Below are positions 37,790-60,627 of a stretch of 64,000 nucleotides of DNA, piece by piece. The DNA is from Azolla caroliniana. Its lineage: Eukaryota > Plantae > Polypodiophyta. Positions within the stretch are counted from its first letter, which is position 1. Every line of letters begins with the position of its first letter. The stretch is from positions 37,014,001 through 37,078,000 of the forward strand of contig JBHGNT010000001.1 in assembly GCA_043228905.1 (NCBI GenBank). Direction: 5' to 3'. The position numbers were made by a program, and so were the translations under genes. The notes under the pieces are model-generated. The model was not told the DNA's origin and searched no databases. It saw nothing but the letters and a program-made list of their open reading frames with translations.

Positions 37790-40700
37790 TATATAGGGCT
37801 GTTCATATCTTTTTGGTCATCAGGACTATTCGACAACAATTTGAGAAGATTCTATGCCAATGAGGCAAGGGACTCATAGGGAGTATATTAAACATTGCTC
37901 GATACTCATGGATACTCATGACTACTATGCGCGTGAAATGCTTCCTAGTCCAAAAATTATGTATAAGAACCAAAGATGTATAATTTCTATGCTAATAAGG
38001 AGCTAGCCGGTGGTGTTTTATACAACTCGATGCTATCTACCGTCTTCGTCGGTGAACCCTTTCACTTCATCGAGATGTTCGGACAATGTTAATGCTTATT
38101 TTCATGAGCTATACGAAGGTTGCATGGATTTCATTGTTCGAGAAGAACCAAAGAAGAAGGGCTTCACTTCGGAGAAGTGGCATTCTTTCAATGACATTGC
38201 CACTGGTGATTGCGTAAGAAGGTTTGTTTTTTGCTCCGAGTTTCTATTCCTTGTACAATCTGGACATGTCTCCATATATGTTGTGAAGCGGAATTTAGGA
38301 TTTTCCTTGCATTATTGCTGTATGCATATGAAAGACTAGTCGTGACTTAGATCGCTCGCTCGTTAAATATTAACAACTCATTTTTACGTTTTGATATAAA
38401 GCGTGTACCTTACTTTTGAGATTGAATTTATTCTTGTGGTTTGTACTGAAGATATATAGGCCCTGCCTGGAATTTTTATTACTCTTAAGGTAAGGCATGC
38501 ATATGTGCATGATATCGGACATGTATGATAAGTATGGTGATTTGCATTTTTAGACATGTATGGAGTTGAAGGTCAATGGATCAAATTGTAATGATGTTTT
38601 TGAGGACACAATGTCGAGTATTGCATGATTGCCATTATATTGCTGACCCAAGAGATTGGTCAGATAAGGATGACTGAGCAAACTCTGAAAATATTTCCAC
38701 CTCATCTGTAAAATGTGTTTGCTTAAATGCAAACATATATAAGAAAGTGGAAGTAAGCAATGCCAATTTGCAAAACCTTTTGATGGATCAATATTTCTAA
38801 ATATCAAATACAACTGCCAAATATTGGCTGTCACGATTATATGCTATGAAAGTTCATCAAAGTAGTTGAATTCTTTGTGGAGTGTGACCGCTTAACTCAA
38901 ACTGATCTTATGTCTGGAGTGTATGGTCTCTCATGTAGGCCTGGAAATGTCTTTAGGAAAAGTAGTATGATTTGTCTCATGTTGTTATCGATGATGGGTA
39001 TGGTTATGGAGTAACGTGTTCAACAAGAATATCAAAGGGATCAAAGAACCTCCCCAAGTCAAACTAGTTTATTGATGATGTAGGCAATGCTAAAGGGGTC
39101 CACATGATTGTGTTTACGTATGGATCAATTTTTGGGCCTACCTAAGGTTCTATAACTGCTCTCAAGGTCAATTTCTTATTTGAAAGCATTCATGTTCCCT
39201 TGGCTTGGATCCAAATGGTACATACGCTCATTCTTGTCTTTTACATGCTTTTATCAAAGTAATTGTCTTTTACATGCTTTTATCAAAGTAATTTAACGAA
39301 TGTGGCCATTCTATGTGTGCATGAGCACTCTCTTCATTTTGCTAATATAGGCTGTGACGTATATAATTCCTTACTAATCATGAGTAGTTGGAACAACCAA
39401 CACTTCATTATTAATTTTGTTTGAGCGATAGATTTGCATTCATAATTAAGAAAAACTTAACATTAAGTGCTTTGAACACAAACAAGTTTTGTTATTAGGA
39501 AACACTACATTTCCATGATTATGGGTTATAACACACAACCATTACTTTATTATCAGACATTAATTAATAATAATATATCCAAATTATTAAAGTTGTAAGA
39601 ATGTTGTACATTCAATGGAACTCCTAATTTGAAAACAACAATAGTTAATCATTTGAAATAATCAAAACTCTCCTACTTTTAAACTTGCAACCTCAATACA
39701 AGATGCAGGCACAATCTTGAAACATATGCATCTACTTGTGCATGAAGCAATGCAAATATGGTAGGAAAGGACTAGCTAACATTAACTCACGTGCAATATA
39801 TATGAGTTTATAGATGTTCGGTAAAGGAGGTTACAACTTACAATCCTCACATATTACATATTATATATAGTCAATCCACTATGATTAGAACATGAGCTTA
39901 GAAACATCCCATTATGGCCAAATCACAATTAAGAAGAAACACAAATTTGGAGAGATGAAATATTTCTATCTCATCAATAGGTTGGTTAACATAGGCCACT
40001 AGTTGGACAATCCTGGTATATCATAACCAAAACAATAACGTCATAATATAATCATAAGTATGTGCATGATATCTCAAATCACCCTCTTTTCTCTAGTTAT
40101 GCATCATGAAAGATTTTTGTCCTCTACCAATCATCATTGGCTCCTTAACACTTGGCATTCTGTTTGACATGAAGAAATAATTTGCATGAGCTTAATGTGA
40201 TGCAAATTTGAAGATAATTAAAAAAAATACAAAAATATCGTTTCAAATTACTAATCTATCCATATATAAAATAATCAAACAAGGGGGTCTAGGGTATTTT
40301 TAAAACAATCAAACGTTTTGTTTTAAAGTTATCTTTAAGATTTGAGTTGTGTGATTGGGAATTTCATAAGTGATTTGTCACCTTCTTTGTATAATGCAGA
40401 AGCACCTAGTATTTAAGGGCTCATGTTTTGAAATAATTTGGAAGAAAACATAATATCATGAGGTTCTAAGTAAAATGTGCAATGCATATGTTGATTCGTA
40501 ATTGCATTATGGTTTATTTTCTATTGAGATGAAAAATAAGATCCATATAGCGATGGTAGGTTTATGTGAGCTTTTCACTATCTTATGTTATGGGAATGAT
40601 GAGTGACCAAAATTCTAATATTTTCAAAAAAACATTGAGCATAATAGTATTCTAAGATGAGCACTTGTTGGGAAATTAATTGTCTACGCTATTTATCTAA

Positions 40701-41464
40701 GAGAAAGATAAATTGATCTCTTGCCAAATAAATTCCACAAAGCTATTGACAATTCAAAATTATGGTTTGTAACTCTCAACCGCATTGTAAGCTTGTGTGC
40801 CCAAAATTTGATACTTTCCCTTACTAGGAGATATACGAAATTATTGGTACTTGAGATCATGCATGGTGTCGCAAATAATACAAAATATTCCAATGCCACA
40901 ATAAGCAATATTCTATGCAGGGGAATGTAAAGAGAATACAAAGCACAATCGTGGAAAAGGGTTTTAATTGTGAACATCTCTCTTGAGCCAATTATGTTGG
41001 TCACACGATGTTGGGCTTTGAAAGGGCAAATGTTAAATAAATTGAAAAGAGAAAGAAAGAAGCGAGAAACCGCCGAACGATGCATTATATGTTGAAGTAC
41101 AATGTGAATCCAATCTATACATTCGAGATGATCAAGAATGACAATACAAGAAAAGCCCATTTTTCTTCAAATCGAAAATGTGAATTAGGGGGTTAAGAGA
41201 ACAAGAGGGAGGAGATGTGAGCATAATGCCATTGAGTTAATCAGCTTTAGAGGAATGCCATTGGCATTGCATTCTTGTGTGTTTGTGGACATGTCAAAAC
41301 GCTTCCTGCAAAAGCTTGTCTCCGCCTGCGGGTGTGACGTATGGTAGAGACAAAGTCATAGGATGTATGTATGCATGTATGTATGTACATGATTGGGCGT
41401 GGCAATGATGAGTGCGGACAAACACGATGGGTGGCGATATGTTCTCCATTTTCTCTATGGGCAA

Positions 41465-41520
41465 GGCCCAATTGCGTTTTGCGTTTTGCGTTTTGCGTTC
41501 TGCTTTCTGCTTTTCGCTTT
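41465..41520 (+). promoter_or_regulatory. Putative fumarase proximal promoter: site II motif GGCCCA followed by (GCGTTTT)n repeats
   Basis: GGCCCA at 41465-41470, ~200 bp upstream of the ATG. Site II (TGGGCY) elements are commonly described in promoters of nuclear genes for mitochondrial proteins, but a short motif can occur by chance. Confidence 0.35.
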
Positions 41521-41662
41521 TTCCCCATAATAATAGGTTTTGTTTTGAATACTTCATGCCGTCTTCTTCTTCTTCTTCTTCTTCTTTCTCATTGGCCTCG
41601 TTCCCTGTTTGAGACTGCTGAGTGAAGAAAGAAAAGGAGAAGCAGCAGCTGAAGCATCAGCC

Positions 41663-51535
<9,873 letters not shown>

Positions 51536-52759
51536 GCCTATATAATCTAAAAACATGTCCAACTTCACCGGCAAAGTTGTGACTCTTCACCAAGTTTTTG
51601 TGGTCTCCATTACAGCTATCAAAAGCTTGATTGGGTGATGGGGAAAAATCAATAAGACTATTATTCTGTGTGACCAATGGGAGGTGAAAAATGTGCAGAC
51701 TTGACTGGCCACACATTCTGTTTAGGTACATAAGTACCGAACTTTGGAAATCATTCATCCAATAAATTTACCAATTAATCCTGTTAGTTTGTATAAATTG
51801 AAATATCTTAATTTCTTGACAATCTTGTTTGCCTCTCTTTATATAACAACTTATTTGGTGATGAATGAAAGGTTTTATGAGTATTATTATTAGTTTGTAT
51901 TCCTAAACGTAAATGTGAGGCATTGGTGTGACTAGTATCATTGTGTAGAAATGTCTGTTTTGCAAAATGAAAAACAGCATATCGTATGGCATATCTCCCT
52001 GAAAAGTTCCAAAAGTAAGTGTTTGATCAAAGATTTATAAGCCAATGATAACATTAATAGCATGAACTTGGATCTTTTATCATAATTATGTTGTTCACAA
52101 GGCTGGGGGAAGGGAATTCTGTATCAGCAGTTCTGTGGACAGCTGGATGGTTGATTGATTAAAAGAGCAGCCATTTCACATGTTATCATGAAATAAATGA
52201 CATTGAGAGACATTCTTACTTCTAAGAGACCAAGGAATAGAAAATTGTATCATGGTGGTCAATGCAGTAAACCTTTAAAACTAAATGATATCATAAGAGA
52301 AAGTCGATATCCCAGACCAAATCAACTGATGTGTCAACTTCCATACCACGAATTTTCTTTCATTTTCCTCATACTTAGTCCTAAGTATGGCACCTGAATT
52401 AGATAAAAGATTATACAGATATGGACCTTATGGCAAGTAATAAAATGAGTTCTTATCCACATTGAATACTCAGTAAGCAGGGTATATAATAATACTAAAA
52501 ATAACGATGACAAAGCTGTAGAATACATCTTCTGGTTAATCATTATTTTGTCAGCTATACATTTTCATGCCCATTTGAAACGTTTCTGCACATGGTGATG
52601 TCTGTCATACCAGACATGTTACCACATTTCTAAAGCAGCACTGATACAGAACAGATGATGATCTGCCCGTTTACCTATCAAGGATAATTCTTGAAGGTTT
52701 TGATTTTTTGTGTTTAGGGGAAGTTTCCACTCTATTGCTGTGGAATATCTGTAGAACAT

Positions 52760-55700
52760 TCATGGAGAACTCTGTTTTAATTCTGTATTATCAACATGAT
52801 TCGGACTTTGGTCGGCTAGGGAGTTCTGATATGATGGAAAGTTCTGATATGGTGGGAAGTTCTGATATGATGGGGAGTTCTGATACGACGGGGAGCTCTG
52901 AGAAAATAGGGAGCTCTGAGATAACGGGGAGCTCTGATATATTTGAGACATTTGATCTGTCGATGAACTCTGATCTGGTTCAGAAGCCACATTCTTCTTC
53001 TGTTTTCCACTACTGCCAGACCCCCTCTTTTTATCTTTTGCAATTGCCGATTGATTCACATATGAAGCAAAAGATTTGATAAATCCTTTGCTCCTAGATG
53101 TAGGATTTGTGGACTCAGAAACATCTCTTTGCTGTCGAGAGAATTGCAACAGTAGGCGAATTAAATAAATGACAAGGCTCATGGCCGATGCCGTGCCAGT
53201 GACTAGAAAGAGACCCCAAAAACTACCTAAGCTTAATTGAATTGATTCTATATCGTTAGTGGCGGTTGCACAATTGCCAGATGTTATCCAGGCATCTTGA
53301 ATCTTTCGGAGTTGTCCACTCTCTGATATCTTCTGAATGGCTTCAGATATATCAATTGCAAGCTGAGAACCCTTTGGGAAAGCCTATCAGGAAAAGAACA
53401 AAGTGTGAGGGCTGTCTGATTAACACATACACAAAATCACATGTTATGTTTAAATGCTTACATATCCCCATCCTCCTTTTGTGAATTGGTCGCCAACAAT
53501 AGAGAAGCCACACTTCATGCTCAGAAAGACTTCCACGTACGGAAGCTCCTCAACAATGGCAGCAACGCCTCCCCCGGCTGGACCCTTTGTAAGAGCCTCA
53601 GCGTAATCATTTATGGATGCCATACCTATTAGCCTTTCTGCTGCTATGTTCATGTTAATCAGGTAGTTTTTCACAAAGGATCCAGTTTGATAGCCAATAG
53701 GGTCAGTACCGGTTTGTAGGCTGCTAATACCTTTAACAACAGGAGTAAGCTGGTGTATTGTCAAGATTGAGGTTAGGTTAGCAGTATAACTTGATGTGAT
53801 GATGAGAACTACAAACAGCCAAATTAGAACCACAACTCTCCCGAATGTGCTCTTTGTTCTCTCTCCTGAAAAGTATCATACCATGATTTAGTTATAAACC
53901 ATGAGTTAGTTATATACTATGTAGATTGGCATGATGAATTAAACGCACTTACTTTGTGAGAAAAACAGTGTTGAGAAAGTGAACCTGCATTCACCCAAAT
54001 TCATTCAAAACGGGCTTGAAAAATCCAAAAGTTGGAAGTGATAGAAGAAGCAGTGCATTAACTTTTGTAAAGAGGCAAATGTGGATATCTGAGGTGAAAA
54101 CAATATGTGGAGTGTAGCTTGTTTGATTGCTTGATAAATCAAAACACCACAAAACTACCTAAACCTTCTTTGATGCACTGGAAGTGGGATAAGAGCTTTC
54201 GGAAAGATGATGGACAGACAGGTATTGCTGACATAAAACAGGTATGAAGACAGACATCTTACCATAAAAGAATTACAAATTGTTTCCTTGGGTGACCGCG
54301 GAAGTCCCTGTTTTTCTTGTGCTCAAGCAACCAGACTACAAGTCCTGTGAAGACGAAGAAAGCTAGAGTTGTGCACCACATAGCTGGTGAGAAAGGTCGC
54401 AGGAATGCCCATGGATAGCTAGAATGTGACCCCTGTACCGATATAACCACCACAAGACCCGAATCTTTAAAAGATTGAGTGAAATCCACTATCTCCATTC
54501 TCTTTGTTGTGATTGTTACATCGCCCACCACTCCATCAAAATTCTGGAGATCCATAGCATTTGTTAAGAACACAATTGACATTTCCAATCATTTGTTACC
54601 TTCCCAGACTTTTCTTCTATTACATGTGTAATTAAAATTTCAATAGCAATCAAGAAAGGAAAAGTCAACGTTCCCATAGGGGATGTGAATTGTGAAGAAG
54701 TCTTTTCAGATTCTGTGGCCCAAAGTAAAAAGAGAACATTTGTCAAAATATTAAACAGTAGTTTCCATCAAATTATCAAGAGGAAACAAGAAGTGAATGC
54801 TTACATGCTCAATGACCAAACTAACATGGGATGACTCTGATTCATGCAATTATACAGTTTTGCTATTCAAAACAGTTATCTTTACCGATATATATCTATA
54901 TATAATGCTGAAATGGCATAAAATGTGACTGTTTGTCCTTACCTTGTGAGCTAAATCAGTAATCATATCATCATATATCGGTCCTGATTCATTCCCATAT
55001 AATTCGAATGTGTAGGGAACAGTGTACGGCACGTGCCTCAGAGCCTCTTTGAACACATCAATACAGTAACCAGTGATATTTGTTTCATTGGTTGAATTTG
55101 ATATAGAATAACTTAGAAACTGCTCAAAACCTATCTTCTTTGGAACTGCTATCTTCAAAGGCCGGCCATTTTTTGGAAGAACCCATCCTCGTGGTGCCTC
55201 TTTCAAGTTGCCAGGCCACAAAATTGGCAAAGCAGAATCTTGAGACTTCGCAAAATTGGCGTCACTGACATTGATAGGCGGATTGACAGACAATTGAGTT
55301 TCGTTTGTCCAGTAGCCGACTACCTTAAATTCGTTGCCAACAATGTTAAGAATCTGAAATGCTGAGCGGATAAGATCGCTGTTTGAATTCAGTTGTATAG
55401 AGCCTGATGTTCCCGGAAAATGTGTGCGCAGAATAAAGCTGCTGAGTAAAGGTCCTCCCTCAAAAACTTTGAATTGAGCCAGGTCAGAAGAACTACCTGC
55501 AGCAAGGGTGGGGAAGGTGGAGGCTTTAAAGGTGATGTTGAAACCTTCCTGGATGTAGCTGTTGATTGCATATGCAAGCATTCGGGTTGCATCATATGCA
55601 TAGAAACCATAAATAAGCATTTCGCTTGCACTCACTTCCAATGAAGACCGATTATTCCATTCAGAAACGAAAGCTCTAAGCTCTGGTGATTCTGCGACAT

Positions 55701-57030
55701 AAGCACGGAACCCGATAACACCCTGAAGACTGTCGAATACGCTAGTTTCTAGAGGAGAGGAACTCAGTGTGCTAATCATGAAGTCAGACGCAATCCACAC
55801 ATAACCACTCGTCATCATACCCTGATTTTTGGCCTCGGAAAAGAAAAGCAATGAAAGATTCTGTGGCATGTGAACTACGTAAACTCTTGATTGCATTGAA
55901 GCGAGATAAGTTAGGACGCCACTAATGGTGGTATTGTCACTGTCTGGCATGACGGCCACTTTCTCTACCATGTGAACTCCGACTGGCTGGACGGCATCAC
56001 TGAAAGCAGCAACTCCGCTGCTTCCATAGTCATCATCTACGTAGACGACAACTGCGTCCCTCCATCCATACCTTGCTATCAACGATGCGATAGCTTGCAT
56101 CTGCATGGCATCGCTATGTGCAATCCGGAAGAAGTAGGGATACTGGTGCTCGGAGAAGGATGGATCAGTGACTGCAAATGAGAGCAGGGGAACTTGGGTA
56201 GCAGTTGCCATGTGAGCGACAAAGCGAGAGACAGCAGTTGACTGAGGCCCTATCACTGCTATGACCTCCTGCTTGAAGAGCTGCATGGCTGGAGGAATAG
56301 ATACGAAACCATTGTTCCGGAAAGAACATTCCATGAGCAAAAACCTTCAGTTATATATAGGAATTCTCACATATTGGAGAAATGCAACCCACCCTCTTCT
56401 CATATATGTACATATAGAGAAACAAAACTATAACATGATTGAAGAGCAAAATCCTCAAACAGAAAAGGAAATATTTCCAGTCGCAAATCAAAGAATTCTT
56501 TTCACAAACAGAAACGGAAGAAATTCCAGAGTAAATCATGCAATCCTTATCACATATAGAAATGTCTCAACATCTCTAAAGAGGTGAGGCAGCCTACGAG
56601 ACCAAAACAATCCATATACATACATACATACACACACCTATATACATGTATTACTGTATAGGTAGATTATATATAGAAACATAAATAAGTGCAGAAGCTT
56701 ACCAGCAGCAACCCCAGTGAAAGCGCTACAATTAGTATCCAGCATGTGTAATACAAGCTCCGAGTTATTTAGCAGATTCTTGTCTTTGTTAATATCATCC
56801 AGCGCCATCTGGATAGCCTTTCTAGCCACTCTTCCAATAAAGGTGTCATAGGAAATAAGAGCCCCAATATGAATGACTGAAGAAGCATTCTGCGCTCCTG
56901 CCATGTAGTGGACATCTGGGCAAAGGAAGCTACATATTGATATGATGGTGATGAACAGACTCAGACTCACATAATTCCTGCTGCAAATATACCCTTTCCT
57001 GGCCTTGCATATGTTGCCTAAGATCCCCAT
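52760..57030 (-). CDS. Glutamate receptor-like channel, GLR3-type; exons 57030-56703, 56288-54943, 54543-54263, 53984-53953, 53865-53462, 53383-52760
   Basis: ATD ([25 protein letters not shown]), S1 ([14 protein letters not shown]), M1, pore [12 protein letters not shown]3 [13 protein letters not shown]2 ([14 protein letters not shown]) and M4 FWGLFLVTG. Six-exon structure with canonical splice sites. The start codon is the best guess. Confidence 0.93.
52819..52945 (-). repeat. Coding 18-nt tandem repeat (7 copies) in the GLR C-terminal tail
   Basis: Plus-strand units GGGAGTTCTGATATGATG / GGGAGCTCTGAGAAAATA etc. encode [42 protein letters not shown]. Confidence 0.92.
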
Positions 57031-57114
57031 GCATAGATGAAATGTATCGAATGTAATCAAAGACGAGGAAATAAAACCTCTTGTTTGCAGTGCGCGTGAA
57101 TAGTCAGGAGATAC

Positions 57115-57473
57115 CAAAATAATCTTATAATGGAAGAGTTTGGGATATATATATGAATAGAATTTTGTTTGAGAGCCTCGTATATGAGAAAATTATTGTC
57201 GAAGAGTCTGGCTATATATCCAGAAGACACTAGTGTGCGTAGATTACCAGATTCTTGTAAGTTTCTGGGTATATGACCAGAAGGCACCTCTGTTGATGAA
57301 GTGTCGCGTGTATTCTATCAGATTCTTCTAAGATTCTGGGTATGTGACCAGAAGACACTCTTGTTGAAGTGTCTGGTGTGTGTATCTTATCAGATTTCTT
57401 GTAAGAATCTGTGTATATGATGAGAGTGGCGTTGAAGATTGTGGGAATATGATCAGATTATTGTGGAAGAGTT
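57115..57473. repeat. Degenerate tandem array (~70-75-bp units) immediately upstream of the first GLR
   Basis: CAGATTCTTGTAAG-TTCTGGGTATATGACCAGAAG(A/G)CAC variants recur at ~57248, ~57319 and ~57391, with partial copies on either side. Confidence 0.75.
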
Positions 57474-60400
57474 TAATTAAAGTTTCGAATTTGCTGTGGT
57501 GCGCTCATAGCATATCCATGGAAGATGGATAATAATAGTAGTAGTAATAGTGACAATGGTGATGGGCATGAAAAAGGTTAGGTTTCTCTGTGGGACGGAT
57601 ATGGTGATGGGTACAGGGGAGAGGTTGATAGGTAATGGGGTGCTGATTTGTTTGCTATGGGTTTTAGTGATGGAAAAAAGACGCCCCTGCTTTCCTTGAT
57701 GATCATTCATGCATTTGAACCACCCATAAGCAAGCAAGCAAACAAGCAAGCTTTTTATAAGGATGTAGTACACCCAGTGATTGATCATACCGGGTATCAT
57801 TTCTGAATCTGTCTGTGTAACCTTTGGTGCACCTTATTTAGGTGGGTGCCCTTGCTGTATGAGAAGTCAAAATCCACCATGTGGGAGCTCCTGAACCCAT
57901 GAGGCTCCTCATAATGGCTCTTTAATGACATCTACATGGAATGAGACTGGAGGGTTTGTCAAACTTCCCTTAATTTAGCAAAGCAAAGCACCCTCTAGGG
58001 GGTTGGAATGCCTATTTTGGGCCATTTCTCTAACTTCATTTTGATTTCTTTCTTGCGTTTTTCTAGTTTTGTTGTGCCACACGATATTCCAGTTAATAAT
58101 GTACCCATGTGGATGCTAGACTTGGCATGTTTCTTAGCTCTGGAAAAGAAAGATAGTTTGGAAGCATCTCTATGATCTCTATATATGGTCTATCTCGCCA
58201 TATAGTTAAATTTGGCTTATGCAGGCTTATAAAAACATGAAACAGAAGTATGTATGGGAAAGAAACTGGGTCATCCTTAAAACTATCAATCTATTTGACT
58301 CTTATTGTTTATGGCAACTAATTTTGCATCGCTTTAACCCAATAAGGGAGAGACTAAATTCACCTAGACTTACATGTCAGATTGTCATTTCATTCAAAGA
58401 ACATCATCAATCACTCTCGAAAATAATAAGGAATTTACCAAATTCAAAAAGGGCTGTGCCAAAGCAAAAAGCATGGGAAAAAATTAGAACAAAAATTAAG
58501 ATAAGAGAAGAGGTATAAACTGTACTGTCATCCATTTTATGGCCATCATCATCACCATCCTCCCAATTTTCAGATATAGAATAGACGATCTGTTAAGGGA
58601 CTACTAATTCATGAAGTCGAAGTGGCCAGTAGATTGATGTTTCTCTCATATAAAGAAACGGCCTCATGTCCGAGCCAAAATGGCTCGTAGAGATTGTTGT
58701 TTAATTAATTCCACATAAAGGAAAATACAACTTTTTATATTTTGTGTTCAGTTGCATGTGATTTGACATCTTTATTAGATTTGTGCACTCAAATACCTTG
58801 TTTATTTGATATATTAGAAGATTGCTTCTTACAGAGGAAACACTATTAATAATACAGCATGACATGCTACGAATACTGCATAAAAGTATTGGCTGATCCG
58901 TATATTGGCTCATATGTGTGCACAGAATGTGATCAAAATCTGTAAATGTACATCTATTGAAAAGGATAAAATTGTATGCATGATATCTCCAAAAATTTAG
59001 ATGTCGTACTCAACATGCTTTTTCTCTACAATCATGTACAATATTGATTCACATATTGTGTGCCTTCTTGTATGCTCACATAAGATATATTAGCAAAGTG
59101 CAACGGTTGCTCACTTTTATAAGTCTATACAAGGGTATTATGGAGAAAATGAAACGTTGTATGATAAAGAGGAGGGATCGCCACATGAAGAAATTTCTCA
59201 AAAAGGCTGTGTTTTAAGCCTCTGATCACATATTTATGTAACGCACATTTAACAACCCTCTCTACTTAGCGTTAGATAGAAGTGGAGTAGTGGGCATTGA
59301 TCTCGTATCTCGGCCAACACTTGATTCCGAGCTTCATCGATGCGACCGAGGCCCAGGAGAATAAAATTACCCAATCTGCCTACTTCTGAAACTGGCATGA
59401 AACATTTTGATCTCCTCCTTCATCAATCCGATGATATTTCACCTATTGGCCTCCGAAAAAGAGAAGTAGATGCTGAATTGTTGTTGAATCATGAATGATG
59501 TGATTTCAGTGAATGCCATGTGTTCAATCTAATATGTATTTGTTAAGAGTTTATGCACATCCCATGTACGTGTAAACAGCAGGCACTCGATACACATATC
59601 CAATTCCCTGTTGAGAGAAAGAAAGCCTTTAAGCTTTTGCATTAAACTTCACCACACGTGCATATTATTCCCCATTAACCACTTCTTCTACTGATTCCAT
59701 ATGTCAGGGTCAGTTTAGTGATACTGGGGTGTCTAATGCCTCTATCATCTCCACAATTTTTCATCTGTATTGTAAAAGATAAGCCCTAAGAAAAAGAAAT
59801 ATTTATTCCACTGGAATGTAGGTATATATGTACTGAAGTTTGAGAGATTTGTATGGCCAAGCAATGTATCCCATTGCTAATTTGTATGGTTTTGAATTTC
59901 AGAATTTTTGACAGATATGTATAAAAAATTAATTATTGATGTGAAAAGCTATTCCAAAGTTTTCCTATTAGATTCCAAGTATTACATATGAATGCTAAAC
60001 AATTGTTTGACATTAATTATTGTGTAGATCAGTCATTGTTGGTGGCTGCACTCCTATGTATTCACTCTCAAGGGCAGAGGAGTATCATACCCAACGTCCA
60101 GGGATATTAGATGCATGATTTATCGATTTTTGCCTATTTGTGGTGAAAGCTTGATTAATAGATATTCATCTTTTGGCTCTGTGGAGAGGGTAGTTGTAAG
60201 AGAAGCTTGAGATGCAAGAAAGAATTAATGTTTGTGAACCCTCATGACCATTTGAGATCGAGGATTGCAAAAAACCCTGCAATGATGGTGGTTACACAAT
60301 TACACAGATTATACACAATTTCGGCTTGTTTGTTCCAGTAAGTAAAGCTTAATTTTGAAAAAATCTATATCATAAGATAAAGTCGATATGTTCCAAGACC

Positions 60401-60627
60401 ACCATATCAAGAGAGATGTTAACGTCCATAGAAATAATCTTTTTGGATTCCCATATAGATGAACAGTACGGGAATCTGGATTATTTTCAAAATGAACCCA
60501 ATTAATGGATGATCCTATAATATTGGAAATTAATAGAATTGGTATATTATCAACATTGATGTAGGAGGGTTTATGGTAAGACAATACAGAAGGATGCAAA
60601 AAACTGTTGACAGAATGTTTCTCACGG

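Noticed and set aside
39234-39293. 29-bp direct repeat x2, and other short repeats as possible CRISPR-like arrays
   Set aside because: Adjacent duplication with no spacers, no cas genes and a eukaryotic context.
52708-53079. 123-aa plus-strand ORF with GSSDMM repeats
   Set aside because: Antisense shadow of the GLR C-terminal repeat.
57825-57920. Short imperfect hairpins upstream of the first GLR
   Set aside because: Stems are too short and mismatched to support a miRNA or MITE call.
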